A DNA stretch of 64,000 nt from a virus: IMG/VR virus record IMGVR_UViG_3300037313_000197, positions 1 through 64,000 of that record. One strand, given 5' to 3'. Made by a program: the position numbers and the translations under genes. Of the stretch, positions 57,506-64,000 are shown in pieces. Every line of letters begins with the position of its first letter. The stretch's first letter is position 1. Below the pieces are notes generated by a model, which did no database searches, had not been told where the DNA came from, and was given only the letters and a program-made list of their open reading frames with translations.

Positions 57506-59454
57506 TTACGAGTAGATGGATAGCACTTTAACAAGGCAGACGTAGGTGTCTCTTGTTTCATCCTGCCATACTTCTGACTCTATTACTCTTGCTGTCACTA
57601 TACCGGCCCGTGCTTCCCATGTGATGGTGTCACTGACCTGTACGAGCGCGTCAGAGAGGCAGGAGAGGACGAAAATTTCTCCCCCGTGTCTGTATGGCAG
57701 GATATTAATTACGCGCTTCTCAGGGCTGTGTGCGGTCAAATCATGATTCATACTGGCGCTCTCCGTGCTCATCGATATAGAAGGTCACCTTGGGCTTCTT
57801 TACCCTTGGTTGACTTGACCTCTGCTGTCTTTCCCACTTCCTTTGAAGTTGCATCCTGACTACTGAATCAGCCTTCCTACCGGCCGATTCGAATGCAGTT
57901 TTCTCATCAGGTTCCAGCACCGTATCATTGAACGTCCAGAAGGGCCAAAATAGCCATGGGCGATAAACTTTCACCCTGACCCAATAGTAGTTGGAAGGGA
58001 TGGAAGGGTTGAACTTCTTAATAGAGACTCGGTAATTTCTACTCATCACTTCTCCTTGAAATCATAGGACTCGCCGGTCTCCCTGCTGACCTTGAAGGCA
58101 AACTTCTTCATCTTTTCCTGCTTGATCAGTTTGGCAATTTTAGCCTCTGCCCTCAGTCTCAACTCCCGGCGCAGTTGGAGAACTTCATTCTCTGTCATGT
58201 TGGTGAAATTAACACGATCTACTCGATGCCAAGTTGAGGGACGGAAAATAAGACCCATCGGCTCCTTGTAGTCTGCACTTAGGAATGAATACCCTTCTTG
58301 GGTGGTGAATTCCTCAATCTCGATGAGGTAGTCCTTGCCACCGCGCTTTCTATTTACGATGGAGATAGTAGCGAGAATGATTAGAATAAGGACCGCTGTC
58401 CCAATAAAGCCTACAGCAAAGGCCATGTCACTGCTCCTTACGCTTACGAATATCTGCCTTACGACCAAACTGATACCAGCGCACCGGCCTCCACTTGTAG
58501 ACATACTGAGGGTCGTAACTGGAAATGTGGTACGGAACCTTCTGAACACGAACATACCAATTCTTACCACACATGCAGGTATAAATCGATCCGTCAGGCT
58601 CGACAACCTCATCACGATTGTTCTTAGATTCCCACTTGTCAGTGTGAGTCTTTACAGCATTGGGAAGTTCGCACTCATGCTTGGGCAGTGGTGGCATGAC
58701 AACTCCTGTCTCAGTCTCGTGGGGAACCTTAATCTCCATGTGTGGCGAAGCCAGAGGACGCTTGTAGTTTACGAATGGAGTAGGAACAACATCGGAAGGG
58801 ATGGCGATTTCCCTACCGGCCTTACCCACATCATCAGGGCCGGTAGCCTGAGGAAGACCGACAGCCTTACGAGCCTTGGCAAGTCGCTCCTTTGCCTCAC
58901 TTTCGGTGAACTTCTGCATGTAAGCCATTGTCTTCTCCACTTCAAGAGTCTTCATTTCGATTTCATCGGTGTACTTGGCAATAAGGTCTTGCTGTTTCTT
59001 TATCTCAGCGTAGTAAACTTCCTGCCTACCGGGCCGGTTGTTACGGTAGACTCTACCCTTTTCCGTCTCACCGATCAAGTCATCACATGAGTCACAGTTG
59101 TCAGTGAACTCAAAATCAAACCGACTACCGTACTCGTCCCGGTATTCGATTAGGCAGTCGTCACAGTATCCGTACTCACTCGTTGAAGAATTCATAGCCC
59201 TTGTCCCTCAGTGTGGAGAAAATATCGTATTCAGCATCACGGTACCCCTCAATAGTATTGAAGTTCATCACGTGCTCGTCCTGATATTGAGGACCACGAG
59301 AAAGAAGAATCTCAATGCGCAGGGCGGTATCGTCTGTAAGAACAAAGACCTTCTGATGAATATACTTTGGATGACGGTACTTGCGCATCATGATTACTCC
59401 TAGTATGGTGGTAGTTCTACGTCTTTTGTCATTACCGGCCACTTCTGATTGCAC
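57506..59454 (-). CDS. run of hypothetical genes (57506-57772, 57741-58049, 58046-58426 TM protein, 58428-59195 Cys-rich, 59176-59454)
   Basis: Packed minus-strand ORFs. Confidence 0.55.
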
Positions 59455-59939
59455 AGCCTGAGGTAACCTCTAATCTCCATGAGCAGTACGCCAAGAATGT
59501 TATAACCCTTCTTGTCGCATCTCCCCCAGAACTGATCGCCCCATGTGTTGCCTTCAACCAACATAGCATCGCCGGTACCTAGAAGTCTAGCCTCTAGGTC
59601 CGGATCAGTAAACTTGTTCAGAAGAATCTCACGCATAACATCGATCTTCATAGCATCCCACATTTCTACGTCCAATCCCTTGACCTTCTTACCCTCTCTA
59701 CGGGCCTCAGAAGGCGTTTTAAGCGAGGCAATTTTAACGACGTAGGAAACCTTAGCATCCTCGCTCAAAGTCGGCATAGCCTTGTATTTAGCCGCTTGGA
59801 AGACGTGTTCAGCGGTGGGCATGGACAGTGGCTTGTCGGCGGTAGTGAAGTGCTGTGTGTGATAGTGAAAATTCGACAAGAAATAGTGTTCTCCCTTGAA
59901 CTCGGGGATTACCAAATCACTCATTGTCCCACCAATCAA
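59400..59939 (-). CDS. NADAR/YbiA-family hydrolase
   Basis: FLSNF, TAEHVFQAAK, LVEGNTWGDQFWG and GYNILGVLLMEIR motifs. Confidence 0.88.
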   Translation of the reverse strand: MIGGTMSDLVIPEFKGEHYFLSNFHYHTQHFTTADKPLSMPTAEHVFQAAKYKAMPTLSEDAKVSYVVKIASLKTPSEARREGKKVKGLDVEMWDAMKIDVMREILLNKFTDPDLEARLLGTGDAMLVEGNTWGDQFWGRCDKKGYNILGVLLMEIRGYLRLCNQKWPVMTKDVELPPY

Positions 59940-60391
59940 GATCAGGCCACTTCTCCTTTAGCCACTCGTGGTCAAGGTGCTGGACACAGACGACGTGAGC
60001 AGGGTTGTAGTAAACATCTTTGATCTTGATGTTTGTAAGTCTGCCGAAGTTTTTGAACAGGTTCAGCAGTTCTCCAAGGCCCTTGCGCATTGGAAACTCG
60101 CCAACTTCGTCAATGAGTTCCTGAGTAATAGGATCGGTCGTCACTACCTCGCCGGTAGAAAGATTAAATTGGAAATACATCAGTGCGAACCTCCGTTAGT
60201 TCATGCTTCTCAAATGGAAAGACAGCGCCGGTATCAAGGCGAACCATCTTGTACGTCTCATGTGATCCTACAACAACACCCTCCCTGCCGACAAGATCAG
60301 ATAGCGAACCATCATTATCATTACCGGCAGCGAGGATGCTGCGATTAACTCTAACCTTCTTCACGGGGAAATCCTTCCACATTTCATGCAT
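59917..60391 (-). CDS. two small hypothetical genes (59917-60180, 60164-60391)
   Basis: Overlapping ORFs in the operon. Confidence 0.55.
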
Positions 60392-60551
60392 TGCATCTGA
60401 GGCACGAGGGGTCCACCACGAGTGTAATCGAAACCCTCTTCAACCATCTGTCCTGTCCATCGTAGCCTATGAGTGATGCCGGGTCTACGTGGACAACGAT
60501 TAGACTCAATGATGCTTCTCAGTCTCCGTGCCTTACCTGTGGAAATGCGTT

Positions 60552-61316
60552 TCATCGAATACGTTCCTTCATTGTAGGCTGGAAGTTGATTCCCATGTTG
60601 AAGATGATGGGAAGCATATCAAACATTTGCAAGAAGTCAATAGTCTTCGACGGGTCGACATTGAACATCTTTGTCAGTTCCTCACGCACGCGCTCTGCCG
60701 ACACACCGGCCACCTTGTAGGTCATGCCGACCATGGCATTACCAGTTTCCGTCTCAATATCGAAACCTTTGGTAACAGCAAAACGCATGGCTCGGAGGAT
60801 ACGCAGAGCATCCTCTTCAAAGCGCTCACGAGGGTCACCAACGGCACGAATAATTCGGTCCTTGATATCCTGCACACCATTGAAAGGATCGATCAGGTTG
60901 CCGTACTTGTCCTTTGCAATAGCATTCATACAAAAGTCTCTGCGGGCAAGATCATCCATCAGCGTACCCGGCTCAACATGGTCAGGACGACGGCCATCTG
61001 TGTAGTCGCTTTCCTTACGAGCAAGCACAAAGTCAGCAGTGAGATTCTTCGTAAGAGGACTAGCGGTTCCGCCAATAATAGCGCTCTGTGTCTGTGGAAA
61101 TTGAGCACGAACAGTCAGGAACTCGGGAGTTTCCAAGAAAACCTTGAAACCCTGACCTTCTAGGTATAAAACCATGTATTCAAACGGAGTAAACTGATTG
61201 TGCGCGGTGTAGGCATCGATATCTGCCTGCTCTAGAACGCAAGTAAAATCAACGTCCTTTGACCTGACACCGAGCAGTTCATCGCGAACCGCACCGCCTA
61301 CCATGTAGAATTCCAT
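60552..61316 (-). CDS. tRNA nucleotidyltransferase (CCA-adding / poly(A) polymerase family)
   Basis: VGGAVRD.LLG..SKDVD, DLARRDF.MNAIA, RFEEDALRILRA.RF motifs. Confidence 0.9.
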   Translation of the reverse strand: MEFYMVGGAVRDELLGVRSKDVDFTCVLEQADIDAYTAHNQFTPFEYMVLYLEGQGFKVFLETPEFLTVRAQFPQTQSAIIGGTASPLTKNLTADFVLARKESDYTDGRRPDHVEPGTLMDDLARRDFCMNAIAKDKYGNLIDPFNGVQDIKDRIIRAVGDPRERFEEDALRILRAMRFAVTKGFDIETETGNAMVGMTYKVAGVSAERVREELTKMFNVDPSKTIDFLQMFDMLPIIFNMGINFQPTMKERIR

Positions 61317-61379
61317 GGTGCTCTCCTAACTCTTGTCTGTTAAGAGCAGCCTACAGAACTGCCCGGTGCCTGTCAAGAC

Positions 61380-61553
61380 TTATTCGTCTACAGATGCCTT
61401 GGCATCCTTTAGCGTGCGATGTAGGTCACCAACACGCGTATTATTTAGGGTGAATACTCCCCACAGTGTCTTACCTGTTTCTGTGTCTTCAACCTTCATA
61501 ATACGAAGACCATTTTCATTCCAATAGTCTCCACCTTCGCGCTTCCATGCCAT
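61380..61553 (-). CDS. 57-aa protein, paralog of 62040-62252
   Basis: MAWKREGGDYWNENGLRI...LKDAK versus MAWVREGKDYYNDNGIRV...LKDAK. Confidence 0.65.
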   Translation of the reverse strand: MAWKREGGDYWNENGLRIMKVEDTETGKTLWGVFTLNNTRVGDLHRTLKDAKASVDE

Positions 61554-62039
61554 TCTTGATACCTCCCCTCAGAGTGGTTTATTCAAGAATAGCACGATAT
61601 TAGTTTAGTCTCCTAGAACCTCAGTAAGTTGGTCACGAAGCGAACGAGCAGCCTCGTTGGTCATTTGCCACACAGGCATTCCCTCATGACGAGTGGATCG
61701 CATGGCAATTCGAACATTGTCCATGTCCACTGTGTAATCCTCATTCCTAGGCCGGGTGGCGACGATGAGAAGTCCATCAACAATACGCATTATTTCTCCT
61801 AAGCGGTCAGAATTGCCAGTTTCTTGCACGTCTCGCAGTTCATTTCAAGTGCTCGGATTTCCTCAATAGTAAGCAGAGGATGATCAGGCTCTTCCTCCCA
61901 TGACTCCACGGTCCACGATGATGTTCCCATACAAAGGGTGAAGTGTCTACCCTTCATGTTGTATGTGGAAGGCCATGTTGGATTGTGGGCCAGATGCTTT
62001 GATCCATACCGCGTCACAACTTCAATATATTTCATGTCA

Positions 62040-62252
62040 TCACATCCAGTGGTCAGAGGACCAGCCGGTGTTGTCAGCGTCGTTCTTGGCATCTTTGAGA
62101 TACTTACGATATGGGCTGATTCGCTTACCGTCAAGGTCAAACGCTGCCCAATACTCATTGCTAGCACGACGAATACCGAAAGTCGTCGGTACCTTGGAGA
62201 CACGAATGCCATTGTCGTTGTAGTAATCCTTACCTTCACGAACCCATGCCAT
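62040..62252 (-). CDS. small protein, paralog of 61380-61553
   Basis: GGAG RBS; shared N- and C-terminal motifs. Confidence 0.65.
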   Translation of the reverse strand: MAWVREGKDYYNDNGIRVSKVPTTFGIRRASNEYWAAFDLDGKRISPYRKYLKDAKNDADNTGWSSDHWM

Positions 62253-62347
62253 GATTACTCCTTGCTCGTTCATCTATGTCGTGAACAGTCTACACCACAC
62301 CGGGCCGGTAGGCAAGAGCATTACCTCTGCGGGTATGCCAGCACTAC

Positions 62348-62671
62348 CTACTCCTTTGTCCAGATCATGTCATTGACCCAACTGTCTACTTCTTCAATCT
62401 TGGCATCTGGGATAAACCCAACTGCCAAACGAGCAGCGTGAAGGATAGTTTTTGCAATGTCCTCTGGAATAGTTATGGATTTCTCTGCACCGCCGCCGAT
62501 CTTTAGCGTTTCTTTCGGATAGCGTTTCCAAGAAATGTAACTTCCATCCTTCTTTACGGTAATCATTTTCTTACCGATGCTGCCAATCTTTCCGATTTCA
62601 GTAGTGCGAGCGCCAGTTGCGACAATAACCTCATCACCAATTGCTAGATCTTGTCCTAGTTTGTCCTTCAT
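62348..62671 (-). CDS. KOW/SH3-like hypothetical protein
   Basis: MKDKLGQDLAIGDEVIV motif. Confidence 0.6.
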   Translation of the reverse strand: MKDKLGQDLAIGDEVIVATGARTTEIGKIGSIGKKMITVKKDGSYISWKRYPKETLKIGGGAEKSITIPEDIAKTILHAARLAVGFIPDAKIEEVDSWVNDMIWTKE

Positions 62672-62723
62672 GTAGTCTCCTAAAATGAGTGTGCCCCTAG
62701 CGTAGTTACTAGGGGCAACACTG

Positions 62724-63869
62724 TCAAGCCTTAATTTCCAGACGAACTGCCTCAGAATCTCCCAGATTCATCTTGAACACGTTCGTAAGATCAGCCATGG
62801 AGTCAAACTTTCGTGGCTCTACCCCAAGTTCCTCGTCAAAAACGTAGCGGTACATGGAGCGAATCTGGTAGTCATCAGGAGCAGTGAGTTCCAACTTATA
62901 GTCAATACGTCCGGGGCGAATAAGAGCCGGGTCAAGAGAATCAACGTGGTTGGTAGTAATGAAGGTGATTAGACCACGTGGAGTAGCCACACCATCTAGA
63001 GCATTCAGCAGACCAGCCAGCGTAGGCGTTTCCTTTTCGGTATTACGAGACACCGTGCTGGTGAAGATATCGATATCTTCAATCAAAAGGATGGAGTCGT
63101 TCGTAACATCACCGATAAGAGCGGACAGAGACTTGTCATTAGTTACCGCGCTCAGGTTCAGGGTATACAGGTCCATACTCAACTCATTAGCCAGAGCAAG
63201 TGTCATGCTGCTCTTTCCATTACCCGGCTCGCCATAGAGCATATAGCCACGGTGCCATGGAATACCGACCCTATCGTAATCGTCAGGGCTGTTTCGGAAG
63301 TTATCGATATCGGTAAGCAGAGCCTCCTTGACACCCTCAGGAAGAAAGACCGAACCCATGGTGCGCTTGGGAAGGTAAATGCATTCCCATCCATAGTTAC
63401 CAACGCTAAAGAGACATGTCTTATTCTCGGTCTTAGCGGCCTTCTTACGAAGATCATCGAGAAGACGCTCTAGAGCACGGATTCCCTCTTCACCACTGGA
63501 AGAGAAAGTAAGAACTTCGCGGCGGTTGATAAGACGTGCACCACCCATGGCCTCCATTGGGCTATCAGGAGAGTCCTGACCCATCGAAACAGTCAACTTG
63601 TGACCATCGATGTAAACAGGAATACCCTCCTTGGCATCGAGGTATCGAGCAATGCCATCACGATCCACGAGAAACTTATAGTTCTTTCCGGTAACTCGCT
63701 CGTTGAGCCAAGCCATCAGTTCTCCGTAACCGAAAGCATCGTCTTCCACCGTGGCGAAGTACCTGTTTCGGTTGGTGTACCAATTGTGCAGGTTTTTGCC
63801 GTGGTTATAGATTGTCATTCCAAGAGCAACACCCTTGGCGACCTTTTCGATCTTTGACTTGGCGTCCAT
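62724..63869 (-). CDS. BCS1-like AAA+ ATPase
   Basis: GIPWHRGYMLYGEPGNGKSS, LLIEDID, LLNALDG, TTNH..LDPALIRPGRID motifs. Confidence 0.88.
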   Translation of the reverse strand: MDAKSKIEKVAKGVALGMTIYNHGKNLHNWYTNRNRYFATVEDDAFGYGELMAWLNERVTGKNYKFLVDRDGIARYLDAKEGIPVYIDGHKLTVSMGQDSPDSPMEAMGGARLINRREVLTFSSSGEEGIRALERLLDDLRKKAAKTENKTCLFSVGNYGWECIYLPKRTMGSVFLPEGVKEALLTDIDNFRNSPDDYDRVGIPWHRGYMLYGEPGNGKSSMTLALANELSMDLYTLNLSAVTNDKSLSALIGDVTNDSILLIEDIDIFTSTVSRNTEKETPTLAGLLNALDGVATPRGLITFITTNHVDSLDPALIRPGRIDYKLELTAPDDYQIRSMYRYVFDEELGVEPRKFDSMADLTNVFKMNLGDSEAVRLEIKA

Positions 63870-64000
63870 TAATTACCTTTCAGGGAGTATCGACGGATGG
63901 AACACAACCATACCCGCCAGAAGCCTTAACTACAAGCACACCATGCTTATTGTCACATGTGCGCTTCTCATTGCCGTAGTAGATGATTCCTCCGATAATC

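Overview
64 kb of a large lytic siphovirus genome, most likely infecting an actinobacterium. The evidence is an Lsr2-like protein, an actinophage-type endolysin and pervasive leaderless genes; the gene order resembles large Streptomyces-type siphoviruses, but I could not confirm this by search. 1-40.3 kb (minus strand) holds replication genes (SSB, primase, DnaB), holin, phosphoesterase, HNH, a complete portal-capsid-tail module without terminase, endolysin, class II RNR and a glycosyltransferase. 40.7-44.6 kb (plus strand) holds a small HTH gene, thyX and hypothetical genes. 57-64 kb holds accessory genes (NADAR, CCA-adding enzyme, BCS1-like AAA+). The standout is 44.9-57 kb, an array of about 25 self-contained minus-strand expression cassettes. 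Each unit reads: palindrome TACCCT(C/G)AGGGTA, 9-12 bp, TTGACA-type -35, 16-18 bp, TANNNT -10, a small and often leaderless ORF, then usually a UUCG/UACG-loop hairpin. I counted about 42 palindrome cores by eye in 11 kb. The array contains paralogous cassettes, empty or decayed cassettes, one cassette with a structured non-coding RNA and a second 30-bp bipartite repeat, and it has a DnaA-box cluster at its edge. All counts and coordinates were read manually and may be off by a few bases.
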